Source: an uncultured Bdellovibrionales bacterium
GTDB lineage: Bacteria > Bdellovibrionota_C > UBA2361 > CAZKXU01
Length of the DNA stretch: 64,000 nt
Assembly (NCBI GenBank): GCA_964556665.1
Contig: CAZKXU010000001.1
Coordinates: 36,078-100,077, forward strand
Reading direction: 5' to 3'
Part shown: piece after piece, positions 39,860-49,523 of the stretch
How positions within the stretch are numbered: position 1 is the first letter of the stretch
Layout: each line of letters opens with the position of its first letter
The notes under the pieces: generated by a model
The model's input: the letters and a program-made list of their open reading frames with translations, nothing else
What the model was told of the DNA's origin: nothing
The model's database searches: none
Made by a program: the position numbers and the translations under genes

Positions 39860-42619
39860 CTAATTTTTATGTGATCCATTTACTGCCCCTACTGTTTGCG
39901 AAACTATGTTCGAGCTGCTCGATCCATGCTCTACACTTTCATTAGCAGCCTGTTCAGTGCGTCGTCTAGCCTCATTTTCTGTAGCGAAAGCCTGGGCGCC
40001 ATTTGGAGCAATTGCAACTACACGCTCGTATGCTTTCCAAAAATCACCGCCCATCTCCTGCTGCACATTCGCAAAGAGCTGGTTATCATCTCCGTTATTT
40101 GTGCTTGCCCAGTAGAACGCGGGTTCAAGCGGTAAAACTAATGCTGCTTCGCCTATATCGGAGATCATATAGAACTGTGACTCAACTCCTTTGACTGTTC
40201 GAAGTTTTGTAATTACATCAGCTTGTTGTTGATTTAGGTTAAAAGCCTGCTGAGTAAAGTGAAACTTACTAGGATCCTGTCGTAAGAAGATCTTGTGAGC
40301 ACTATTCTGTACTATCGCCTGACCTCCTGCGCCAACATAGAAATCCTCTCCTGACTGGGAGGCTGCAATGACAATACCTTTACGTTTACGGTAAAGTCTA
40401 AAAGCTGATTCAATAACATTCGCGGAGGTTTTACCAATAAGATCATGAGCCTCATCAAAAACAAGAACTTTCCGACAATCCAACTCCTTTGGATCGTTCA
40501 TCACATTATCTGCCCAGAGCATTGCAATTTTCAGAAATACGGTCTGTAAGGATGGATTACGGCTAAGTGCTTTTAGATCAAATACAATAAAGCGCTCTGT
40601 GAGCTTTAATGCGCCTGGACGATCAAAAAAGCGCGCATATATACCGTTTCCGTAGTAGTCGCTCATTAGCTGCGCGATCTCCTGGCGGCGCTTAGCTGAG
40701 TCTTCATTTTCATCTACCCGCTTTGGTGCGCGCATTACTGCTACCACATCGCTCAAGATCATTTCACGCTTCATCGGACCGTTACGATACAGTCTATGTG
40801 CTTCGATTAGGGAGGATATTACCTCAGTGCGTTGTAGCCGGTTTAACTTGGTTGTTGGATCTGCAGCCATGTCCAGAATAATGTCTGAACACATATCAAT
40901 TAGATCTTTATAATCCTCATCCGTGTTGTCAGGTTTTGTCTCACCCAGGCGAGCAAGGAAATTCATGGCAGGAGCCTTGGAAGGTGATGCTTCGTATATC
41001 CGTCCTCCAAATAATTTGGCAAGCTTTTCAAAGCCGCAAGGCTGGTTAACCATGCCTTTGTCGAAAACAAAGGTAATAGGCTGACGCTCAGCTTTCTGTC
41101 CATCACTCTGTGTAGAAAAATGTCCTCGGTTCAAGGCGATAAGCATATAGCAAAGAAGATAACTCTTACCGGCGCCTGATACTCCGCTAATTAGCACGTT
41201 AGGAGCAACGTTGGAATCGTACAGATCGAATCCCACTAATTCACGGTTCCATAGCTGTGGCAAAAGAAAAAGGGAGCCGCTGCTGCCGCGCCAATTACCC
41301 CAGAAAGGAAACATTCTTACAGCGCGCGAGGATTGCATAGTTGTTGTCCAACCTGCGCCATCTAGCTTTGGGTCGTAACAGCCTGGTAACGAATTGACCA
41401 TGACACCCATATCAGCAATTTCATGAATCATTCCGCGCGCACCGTTTAGCTGAGGAAACCCAGCAACTGCCTCAGCAGATGCACGTACCGCTTCATCCTC
41501 ATTTTGACAGATTAGTGTTTGATGAACTCCAACCCGTACTATTTGGGCTGCGTTTCTATATAACTCGTCTTTTGCGGCCCTAACAGAGGATATCTGAGTA
41601 TCGATTTTTTGATTCAACCTACCAAGTGCTGAAATTCTTCTAAAGCCGAGAGCAGTATCAAGTGCTTCAAGTTGCTTGACCTGCTTCTGTGTTTCATCAC
41701 GTGAATAGGTAACACTAATAATATGCTCGTACGGAGTGCTTTGAACTGGACAAAGCATTAAAGGAAAGCATTGTTTTGGTGGCTTTACCATCGATACAGA
41801 GCGATAGACTTTGCCGTCTTTTTTAAGAAATCCGGGAGCTGTATGAATTGCAGATGTATCTGAGATCTGATTAGCCAGAAGATCGTCCGCATCATAGCGT
41901 GGTACAGGTATGCTGCTTGTACGACCACGCTTGAATTTTCCTGATTTTATACTACGGCGGTTGAGTAGCGGGTAGAGAACATCAATCAGGTCTTGTCCGT
42001 CAACACGACGTGGGCGAAATCCAAGTTCGCGAAGTTTTTGAATGTGCCCCTCTATCTCTCCTCTGAATTTACCGGCATAGACAGAATACTCAGCTTTGCG
42101 ATCTTTACTTGAATCACCAAACTTGCCTAAAAAGAGAATTTTTATTGTGCGTTTAAGATCTTCAATTATTCCTCGCTTGACCCAAGGAGGATCAAAGCGA
42201 AAGGACATAAAGAGACGCATACGACGTGGGCGACGATGTAGATTTCTATGTCGCGCATCATTCCGTAGCATACGGATCCAGCGGCGCGCCATCCAGCCGG
42301 CAGGACCACTCTTTGGATATGTTGTCCAGGAGTCATATAGCAGACCTTCAATATCAAATGTATTAACCCAGTTCACCTGCACGCTAATATGAGGATTAAT
42401 AGCGTCTAATAACTCCTGTATGTCTTTACAGATTTCAAACGCGCGGGAATCGGAGGTGGCGGTAAGGAGAAGTGGCTGCAGTTCCCAAATTGACCAGATA
42501 GAGGCATCGGCATGTAAAAATACCTTCATTTCCTCGTCATATTTGGCATACGGGAGTAGCTCATTAAATAAAGCCTCATCCTCGTAAAGCCTTGCTCTGG
42601 TGATTCGTGAAATACTCAT
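39860..42619 (-). CDS. Type IV secretion ATPase, VirB4/TrbE/DotO(IcmB) family
   Basis: N-terminal ELLPYAKYDE...WELQ motif, Walker A GVSGAGKSY, Walker B VLVFDEAHDL, 919 aa. Confidence 0.85.
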   Translation of the reverse strand: MSISRITRARLYEDEALFNELLPYAKYDEEMKVFLHADASIWSIWELQPLLLTATSDSRAFEICKDIQELLDAINPHISVQVNWVNTFDIEGLLYDSWTTYPKSGPAGWMARRWIRMLRNDARHRNLHRRPRRMRLFMSFRFDPPWVKRGIIEDLKRTIKILFLGKFGDSSKDRKAEYSVYAGKFRGEIEGHIQKLRELGFRPRRVDGQDLIDVLYPLLNRRSIKSGKFKRGRTSSIPVPRYDADDLLANQISDTSAIHTAPGFLKKDGKVYRSVSMVKPPKQCFPLMLCPVQSTPYEHIISVTYSRDETQKQVKQLEALDTALGFRRISALGRLNQKIDTQISSVRAAKDELYRNAAQIVRVGVHQTLICQNEDEAVRASAEAVAGFPQLNGARGMIHEIADMGVMVNSLPGCYDPKLDGAGWTTTMQSSRAVRMFPFWGNWRGSSGSLFLLPQLWNRELVGFDLYDSNVAPNVLISGVSGAGKSYLLCYMLIALNRGHFSTQSDGQKAERQPITFVFDKGMVNQPCGFEKLAKLFGGRIYEASPSKAPAMNFLARLGETKPDNTDEDYKDLIDMCSDIILDMAADPTTKLNRLQRTEVISSLIEAHRLYRNGPMKREMILSDVVAVMRAPKRVDENEDSAKRRQEIAQLMSDYYGNGIYARFFDRPGALKLTERFIVFDLKALSRNPSLQTVFLKIAMLWADNVMNDPKELDCRKVLVFDEAHDLIGKTSANVIESAFRLYRKRKGIVIAASQSGEDFYVGAGGQAIVQNSAHKIFLRQDPSKFHFTQQAFNLNQQQADVITKLRTVKGVESQFYMISDIGEAALVLPLEPAFYWASTNNGDDNQLFANVQQEMGGDFWKAYERVVAIAPNGAQAFATENEARRRTEQAANESVEHGSSSSNIVSQTVGAVNGSHKN

Positions 42620-42627
42620 ACTAAACC

Positions 42628-43086
42628 TTAATAAGTTCTAGCCTTAGTTCCTGGCACCAAAATTCTGACAAGATGACGCTTATGATCAACCTGCACATCG
42701 ACATTTGCACGTCTTGAAATGCGCTTAGCTAAATCATCTAAGCTGCCGATGGCATCCATTGTTAGTCTTCTGTCAGCAAGTTCATATGCTACAAAACTTG
42801 AATAACGTGCGCTTGATGCGAGAATTGATGCCACCTCTTCAAGCGAGGAGTTCTCTACGCTGAGATGCAGCTCTGGCATCACAACCGGAGCCGCAGCGCG
42901 TTTAGTCTCACGTGCTGGTTTGGTATACGGCATATACTCAATTTTTACCCTACCATACACAGGCTCTGGTGGTAGCTGTTCTGTAGCTACACGATATTGG
43001 GGTATAGGCTCTGGCTCTGGCTTGGAAAAAGATGCACAACCACAGAGGCATAAACCTAATATTATGGCAGAAATCCGTGCTATCAC
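42628..43086 (-). CDS. Lipoprotein (T4SS outer-membrane/periplasmic component?)
   Basis: Lipobox LCLCGC. Overlaps the upstream gene by 4 bp. Confidence 0.45.
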   Translation of the reverse strand: MIARISAIILGLCLCGCASFSKPEPEPIPQYRVATEQLPPEPVYGRVKIEYMPYTKPARETKRAAAPVVMPELHLSVENSSLEEVASILASSARYSSFVAYELADRRLTMDAIGSLDDLAKRISRRANVDVQVDHKRHLVRILVPGTKARTY

Positions 43087-43535
43087 TGTCTTCTCCTAAC
43101 ATCATCTTCGTAAACATAAGGAAGATTTGAACCTGCACTAGCGCCAGGACCTTGCAGCTGTTTCTCAAGCTCGAATGAATCCTGTACTGCCCAACGCTCT
43201 TTTAAAACTTTAATGTAGTAATAGTGATCGGGCACTAAATCTCCGTGACTATTGACATGATCGGGTACCCACATAATTCGAACAACCGCGGGCTGCATAA
43301 CAGGGTTCGCTGGTTCCGGCTCCTGAGCGCGCCTATAGGTTGATAACTTCTCAAGTGAGGCTCGCGCTGAATCCATCTTGTCAGCCTCATTTAGTAGTGC
43401 TCGATCTGTTCTTTCACCTAGAAGTGCTTCCGGCTTTGGGGCTTCATAGAACGGATTAAGCACATTACCTGCTGAGGCGCATCCACTAAGTACTACTGCT
43501 GCTGTCCATGTAAATATTATACTACGAATCTTCAT
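43083..43535 (-). CDS. Lipoprotein (T4SS-associated)
   Basis: MKIRSIIFTWTAAVVLSGC lipobox. Start taken at the internal Met of the 43613 ORF. Confidence 0.45.
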   Translation of the reverse strand: MKIRSIIFTWTAAVVLSGCASAGNVLNPFYEAPKPEALLGERTDRALLNEADKMDSARASLEKLSTYRRAQEPEPANPVMQPAVVRIMWVPDHVNSHGDLVPDHYYYIKVLKERWAVQDSFELEKQLQGPGASAGSNLPYVYEDDVRRRQ

Positions 43536-43557
43536 AATTACCTCCAAAATTTCTATC

Positions 43558-44892
43558 CTAATCAAGCGCGCTATAAATACTCTCGTCAGTCTGCATCGAT
43601 TCAAATAAGCCATCTATTGTTAAAGGTTTTGCAAAAACCGCAGTGGCTTCCCGGCCTGAAAGAACCTGAACATGTGGTACTAACTCGCTAACACGTTGCT
43701 TGACGATCTCGCTCCACTCACGAGACGCTCCGGACAATCCTTTGCCTGCAGCAAATGCGAGAGAGTCGCCGGTAACGGCTTGTCCTACGCCTCCATACGG
43801 ACTAACATATGTTGTGGCCTGCGCATCTGAAGCCGCCTTACCAATGCCATCAAGTGCACCGGCAAATCCAGCTGCACCGATTGCTTTGCCGATCGGATCT
43901 ATAAGAAGGCCTTGCATGCCACGAATTCCATCTTCACCTACAACCCAGCCATCAACTTTAAATACACGTCGACTGCCATCTGGGTATCTAATGTTAAGGT
44001 CTGTAAGTCGAAATAATGCGCGTGAATCACTAAGAGAACCTTGCGCTGCCGCAATTAGCCTTGCTTCACCAAGTGGCAGTACTGATCCATCCGGACCTTG
44101 AATATCGCCACTTAGTTTAAATACAACTGGGTAGGGTGTGCCATCTGTAGGAGCATTGACTCCTGCTAATAACTTAATTCGAACTGAATCTCCCGTCCCG
44201 ATATATGCTATTTTGCGCGGAGCAGCTGGTGGAGGTGGAGCCACGCCAGGCTCTTCATTTCCAAACGATTCAAGCTCTCCAGTATCGTTCATTGCCATAT
44301 CGTAACTAGTGCCGCCCATGCCTGGCATACCCCCAGCATCTACATCCATTGGATTTGGATATCCTGCAGCAGATCCTGTCGCGCCTCCAGCTCCATAAGC
44401 ACCCTGCGCTCCGCTGTTGAATCTGCCGTGGGCAGTTGCTGCAGATCCTCCGTACGCAGCCCCTGCTGCACCAGCGGCTCCAGGCGCACCCGCCGCTCCG
44501 GCTGCACCCGCTATTCCAGCAATTCCATTACCACCAGAGCTACCCTCATCGGAAATACGCTCCAATACCTTTTTAAAGATCTCTGCCGTTTTCTTTTCAT
44601 ACTCGGTTTGAGCTTTATTTTGGTTCTCAACTGATTTGCTTAAGTCTGTCAGTACATTTTTAGTACCTTCTAACTCATTGCGAAATCTCTCGATGAGATC
44701 ACCATACGCCTCATTATTATTCTTATTCGTGAGACGCTCTGTTGGCTGAGCTCTGGCATCGAGACGACGGTTCCGGCTAGTAGGCCCAGAAAAAATCGTC
44801 CATGCTAAGAGAAGGAGGCCAACTAAGAGGATAAACCTCGTCTTGGCGTCATTCTTGATGAGAAGTTGTAAGTCCTTTAGTTTTTGTTTCAT
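43558..44892 (-). CDS. VirB10/TrbI/DotG(IcmE)-like T4SS core protein
   Basis: N-terminal TM anchor, Gly/Ala-rich low-complexity linker, C-terminal beta domain. Position after the VirB9-like gene. Confidence 0.5.
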   Translation of the reverse strand: MKQKLKDLQLLIKNDAKTRFILLVGLLLLAWTIFSGPTSRNRRLDARAQPTERLTNKNNNEAYGDLIERFRNELEGTKNVLTDLSKSVENQNKAQTEYEKKTAEIFKKVLERISDEGSSGGNGIAGIAGAAGAAGAPGAAGAAGAAYGGSAATAHGRFNSGAQGAYGAGGATGSAAGYPNPMDVDAGGMPGMGGTSYDMAMNDTGELESFGNEEPGVAPPPPAAPRKIAYIGTGDSVRIKLLAGVNAPTDGTPYPVVFKLSGDIQGPDGSVLPLGEARLIAAAQGSLSDSRALFRLTDLNIRYPDGSRRVFKVDGWVVGEDGIRGMQGLLIDPIGKAIGAAGFAGALDGIGKAASDAQATTYVSPYGGVGQAVTGDSLAFAAGKGLSGASREWSEIVKQRVSELVPHVQVLSGREATAVFAKPLTIDGLFESMQTDESIYSALD

Positions 44893-44900
44893 ATGCTACC

Positions 44901-45701
44901 CTACCTTGCTGATTTAGGTTTGGTTACAATGTAAATTTTAGTCTGATGCTTTCCTGCTATCTGATGCTCAATATTGAGAGGCTTAGCAGCTAATTCCCAA
45001 TTTTGCATAGATATTGCTCTGGTACCATCAAGACGAAAAGTTGCCGGATTAATGCGCTGTACGACATCTAGGCGATTCTCCGCATCGATAATATAACCCC
45101 AAAGATTTGGTCCAATTATTAGTTTGTCAATTTTGGCTGAGAGTGTCCCGTCATCAAGCACCACCTCGCCGCGATATTTTTCGCTGATCTGATATCCTGG
45201 CACTGCTCCCTTACCGAACTCAGTTACTAAGACCATCTCGCGCATTAGGCCGCTAATCGCAGTAGGCGGGGCATATTCATAGTTTTTTTCCTTATATGCT
45301 GGATCCATCTCCTCTTTGGATAAAATCATAGATCCACGCTCATCCAAAATTCTTACTAAATTATCCCTTGGACTCTCATCGTTGGAGCGTTGTGCACGAA
45401 TCGAGTAAGAGCGACCATCTTCAAGCCGTACAATGATTGCTTCACCCTGGTCGCTGAGAGACTCTCTTGCAAAGATAATTAGATCTGAATCTTTCTTATC
45501 TAGAGAGATGGCGGAGTCTTTTCTTTTGAAGCCTCCCGAGATCTTCCCTGGGAACTCTAGCTGAGTTGGCTCTCCAGGAGTTACTCGTATAGTGACCTCC
45601 TGATTGTCGTACTGTACGTCACGAGCCAAAGCTGTGTTCGCAAGCATCAATAGACCTGAGATTACGAAGCTAAATTTTACAAATACATCTTTCCTGTTCA
45701 T
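44901..45701 (-). CDS. VirB9/DotH(IcmK)-like secreted T4SS core protein
   Basis: Signal peptide, beta-rich. Position between the VirB8-like and VirB10-like genes. Confidence 0.45.
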   Translation of the reverse strand: MNRKDVFVKFSFVISGLLMLANTALARDVQYDNQEVTIRVTPGEPTQLEFPGKISGGFKRKDSAISLDKKDSDLIIFARESLSDQGEAIIVRLEDGRSYSIRAQRSNDESPRDNLVRILDERGSMILSKEEMDPAYKEKNYEYAPPTAISGLMREMVLVTEFGKGAVPGYQISEKYRGEVVLDDGTLSAKIDKLIIGPNLWGYIIDAENRLDVVQRINPATFRLDGTRAISMQNWELAAKPLNIEHQIAGKHQTKIYIVTKPKSAR

Positions 45702-45709
45702 AAATGCCC

Positions 45710-46426
45710 CTATAAATTTCTACGTTCCATAGCCGCCTCTTTAGCGCTCTTTTCTAATTCGTTTTTAATCTCTCCCTTCTTAACATCTTTAACGCCAACA
45801 TCAGTTATTACGATTCCATATTGATTAAGGCCATTACGAGGAATCGTTGTCATAGTTATTGTGTATGTAGTTAACAAGACGGGAAGCTCTTTGCCTGCGA
45901 TTATCTTTTGACGCTCGCCGGTCATGCTTACCGTAACTTTATTGTCCTCCCGTTTAATCTGATTGAGCGTTGGATCAACCCAGAAGAGTTGTGTTCGATT
46001 AGTCCCTTCAATAGCTGAAAGTTCAGCATCGAGGATTTTAATATTAAATTCGGAAAGTAATGGCTCCACCAGCATTTTACGAGCTTCAGTAAATTGACGC
46101 TTAGCGTTATAAGGCTGATAGGTAGCGACAAAATTAATATAATCTGTCGCCATATCCATAAATTCAGTGTCCGGGATTTCACGAGCTGCATAAATCCCAG
46201 GCAGCGGTTTTTGCGGAACGTTTATTTCTACCTTTCTTGTCCACCAGGTGATGAGTGCAAAGATTAAGGCGATACATGTAGCAGGAATTTGAAGCAGTGC
46301 GATAGCTCGCCAGAACAAAGCCTGATCTTTATACGACTCCCAGATACGGATGGTATCTCCTGCAGATCTGCCATCCATAATCTCTGTCTGTTTGATAGTA
46401 TTTGCTACTGCTACTTTCATAAGCAA
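45710..46426 (-). CDS. VirB8/DotI(IcmL)-like bitopic T4SS protein
   Basis: Cytoplasmic N-terminus, single TM (LLQIPATCIALIFALITWW), periplasmic domain of about 170 aa. Confidence 0.4.
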   Translation of the reverse strand: MLMKVAVANTIKQTEIMDGRSAGDTIRIWESYKDQALFWRAIALLQIPATCIALIFALITWWTRKVEINVPQKPLPGIYAAREIPDTEFMDMATDYINFVATYQPYNAKRQFTEARKMLVEPLLSEFNIKILDAELSAIEGTNRTQLFWVDPTLNQIKREDNKVTVSMTGERQKIIAGKELPVLLTTYTITMTTIPRNGLNQYGIVITDVGVKDVKKGEIKNELEKSAKEAAMERRNL

Positions 46427-46436
46427 TTACTCATTA

Positions 46437-46823
46437 TTACGCTTGCTCAACTTCTTTAAAAATTTCATCAAGATTAAGTTGAACGTATTCTCTTGATCTC
46501 TTCATCTCTTTAATCGGTGCTCCGCTCCACAACGGCTGTAAATTTGCCGGTGAAGGAATGTTGGGTGGATTAATCCCTACAAGTACTAAACAAAAATTCA
46601 TCAGCCCGCGCTCCTCGTCTGGAAATCGACTTCGCAGTGTTGCCAGTATCGCAGTCGTGCTAATCCATATAAGTAGTAGTGCTGGCATAGCGGTCGATGT
46701 CTTCTTAAAAAAGAGTTCACTTGAGATCATGAACATGGAGAATCCTGCGGCCCATTCCCCCAACTTGGCGCCAAGCATAGTCCATGATTCATTTAGTCCC
46801 TGTATGACCTCTCCGTTATCCAT
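46437..46823 (-). CDS. Small membrane protein (IcmM/DotJ-like position)
   Basis: Two hydrophobic helices, 128 aa. Confidence 0.35.
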   Translation of the reverse strand: MDNGEVIQGLNESWTMLGAKLGEWAAGFSMFMISSELFFKKTSTAMPALLLIWISTTAILATLRSRFPDEERGLMNFCLVLVGINPPNIPSPANLQPLWSGAPIKEMKRSREYVQLNLDEIFKEVEQA

Positions 46824-46834
46824 TCATCCCTCCC

Positions 46835-47251
46835 TTATTTCTCAATCTCCTCTTTAGTGCTGGAGTCACTCTCAGAAGACTGCTTACTTCTAGTCAGCCT
46901 CTGATCTGCTTCTGTCTCATTTAATAGACGGCTATCTGCCTGAAATCTTACGCCGCTCTCACTTAAGCGTGGCTGCGGATCAAGCAGTCGCTCTAGTTCG
47001 TCGACCCGACTTAATACTGTGTTTCTCCATATACCTGCGTCTAACATCGCATCCGGATCGGCCAGCTCTCTAGCACGATCAAACTCTCTTAACGCCTCTA
47101 CAAGATGAGCCCGTGATCTGAGATAATGTCCTTTAGCTGATGCCAGCCTCTCCCCTTTAGCGTTCTCAATGCCAACACGGCGCTCTGCAGAGGCTTCCAG
47201 TAATGGTGCCAGTGCAATCGTTGCCACCAGTAAGTATGCGAATTTCTTCAT
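46835..47251 (-). CDS. Secreted periplasmic protein, first gene of the minus-strand T4SS operon
   Basis: Signal peptide MKKFAYLLVATIALAPLLEASA. Confidence 0.4.
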   Translation of the reverse strand: MKKFAYLLVATIALAPLLEASAERRVGIENAKGERLASAKGHYLRSRAHLVEALREFDRARELADPDAMLDAGIWRNTVLSRVDELERLLDPQPRLSESGVRFQADSRLLNETEADQRLTRSKQSSESDSSTKEEIEK

Positions 47252-47474
47252 AGATTACACCTATTCAATAGATATATTGCCTTCACAATAGAGCAGTCGC
47301 TCAAATTGTCAATTAACGTTATGTAAACTATAGACCTTTTTGTGATGTGATTTTTTAATAAATTTGGAGTAACCTTCTGTGGAAACTCAACATAATATAT
47401 TATGAATTTATGAGGTTGTTTTAACGCCTTAGTAAGATATTCAGTCCTTTTTACTACGGCCAAGGGTTATATTT

Positions 47475-49508
47475 GTGGGATCTCAGAGTAGTGAAGCATC
47501 ATTAAAGGAGCAGAAAGCTCTCAGTAGGCTTAAGCGCCGATATACCGGAAGTATAATTAAATTACTATTTGTCGGAGTAGTAGGCTTTATCGCTCTTGGA
47601 CTTGCTCTATCTACTATTAAGGAAGAAGAGGGAGCAGAGGGGTATCATCTCAAAGCAGATTGGTACTCTGAGTATAATGAAACACAGCGCGGATTTCAGG
47701 ATTGGTTGGAACAGCATGGAACTGTTGTTGAGTACAAGGTATTTAACACCCTCTCAGGAACGATCCTTGATACTGCGTTACTCCTAATACCTAAAAACAC
47801 CAACCGTAATCGTCTATCATTCTTTGGTAAGATTTACCTAGGAACCCATTTTGCAGCATTGCGGGTTACATTTGTCTTGTTGGCATCACTTCGTATCTGG
47901 ATCGTGCTTGCCATGGCTGGTGCAATCTGGGGGATCTGGGGGATTAAGCTACATCTTGGAAAGGATGTCCTAGGTATGACCGGCAATGGGAGGCTGTTTT
48001 ACTCCGGTATCAGGGCTGATCTTAAAAAAGTAGCAGCCAGCGGTGCGCCTGATATTCATATCACAGGACTTGCCTGTCCGCAGATGACTTCAGAGAAGGT
48101 TACAAGCGAATCCGAGTTGGTTGATTTTTTGAGGAAGCACGGAGCTCTGAATCAGACAAACTTTGCATTGGCTTCAATTATCTTAAATTCAGCTTCAATG
48201 CCTGCGCATGTAGCACCATTTGGGGAGGAGGCTCTTTTTGAAAAAAGTTTTAGTGGTGTAACGATAGTAGATAATGCACTCACCATATTAAAACATGCCT
48301 TTTCTTTGCAGGCCGAGTACATTAAAGGTGTAGCTCCGACGATTTCTGAATTAAAAGAATTAGAGAGTGTGCAGCGAATTGATCATGCTCAGTATGCAGC
48401 TCTTCTTAAAGCGGGCCTTAATCGTGTCCTTACAGCAGAAGCCAAAAAGCTCTTAGCAACAATTGACCCGGTTGTGCTTGCAACAGTAATCCTTGCATTT
48501 GAATCAGGGAAAACTATGGCTTTTCAGAATGAGGGTGGTCGCTGGCTTAGAAAATCTACATTTATTGAGCTTTGTGCTAGGTCGGTGCTGCATTCACTCC
48601 CTAGTTACGGAGATGAGTATGATTTCGATCGCAGAACATTAATAAGACGTACTCTTGTATACTCTTCGCGATCAAGCGTATTTGGTCCGGTACGGTTTGC
48701 ACTGGATCTTAGTGCAGAATGTAGAGCACTTAGACAATGGACAGAGCTGCTATTAGCAGTGCCTCATTCACTTCGCTCGGTAATAGATGACGTCGAGTTA
48801 TACGGTGTAATGTGTAAGGTTGAAGCTGCTTGGAGCCAACGGCTTTTTGCAGAGCTTGCCAGCTCCCCTCCCGAGATCTTGCAAGATGCATTTGCAGTTT
48901 CACAGAGCGGGGCTTTTTACTTTGGCATCAAGCCTATAATTAAGGAGCTGCGTGCCTCGGTAGAAGGGCGAGATTTGCGCCGTATTGAAGAGCTTGCTGC
49001 TAGAGTATCGCAAAAGCAGAGAATTTTTGAGATGTCAGCCGATCTGCAAAACGATAAGGATGAGCGCCAAGCTATACCTGCTTATCAGCGCATCATGGCA
49101 CCATTAGGACTTAAAGAGATTGAGTCACTGGCGGTAGAGCATGGGGTAACCGCAGTTGATATGAAAGATTGGCTAGCCCTACGGATAGCTCTAAATTCAT
49201 TTGGCTGGTTAGGTAGACGGGTTGGTGATTATACAATTTCCGATCCATCAGTAATTCACCTTGTTTTTAAGACTGAGAAGGCTTTGCCTGGGACAAATGA
49301 GCTAGGACTGCTGGGCCGCTCAGCCATGGTGTCGCTGCGCGGTTCTAAGCTTGAGACACGCTGGGGAAAGAATTGGAGTTCCCGATTTAATATAGCTCTA
49401 CGTACTAATATGGCGCGCAATAAAGAGGAGATGGCGCAGTTACTGCGTGGCATTGAGCCAAAGGAACGGGACGAAGAGGAGAATACTGGAGTGGTAGTAG
49501 GAGCTTAA
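47475..49508 (+). CDS. Inner-membrane protein upstream of the coupling protein (DotM/IcmP/TrbA-like position)
   Basis: N-terminal TM helices, large cytoplasmic domain. Position only. Confidence 0.4.
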   Translation: MGSQSSEASLKEQKALSRLKRRYTGSIIKLLFVGVVGFIALGLALSTIKEEEGAEGYHLKADWYSEYNETQRGFQDWLEQHGTVVEYKVFNTLSGTILDTALLLIPKNTNRNRLSFFGKIYLGTHFAALRVTFVLLASLRIWIVLAMAGAIWGIWGIKLHLGKDVLGMTGNGRLFYSGIRADLKKVAASGAPDIHITGLACPQMTSEKVTSESELVDFLRKHGALNQTNFALASIILNSASMPAHVAPFGEEALFEKSFSGVTIVDNALTILKHAFSLQAEYIKGVAPTISELKELESVQRIDHAQYAALLKAGLNRVLTAEAKKLLATIDPVVLATVILAFESGKTMAFQNEGGRWLRKSTFIELCARSVLHSLPSYGDEYDFDRRTLIRRTLVYSSRSSVFGPVRFALDLSAECRALRQWTELLLAVPHSLRSVIDDVELYGVMCKVEAAWSQRLFAELASSPPEILQDAFAVSQSGAFYFGIKPIIKELRASVEGRDLRRIEELAARVSQKQRIFEMSADLQNDKDERQAIPAYQRIMAPLGLKEIESLAVEHGVTAVDMKDWLALRIALNSFGWLGRRVGDYTISDPSVIHLVFKTEKALPGTNELGLLGRSAMVSLRGSKLETRWGKNWSSRFNIALRTNMARNKEEMAQLLRGIEPKERDEEENTGVVVGA

Positions 49509-49523
49509 TAGTAAGATTGTATT

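Noticed and set aside
39896-40194. Small ORFs antisense to the VirB4-like gene, and similar ones antisense to glyQS, LanM and uvrC/uvrB
   Set aside because: They are fully embedded in well-supported long genes on the opposite strand and are typical shadow ORFs.
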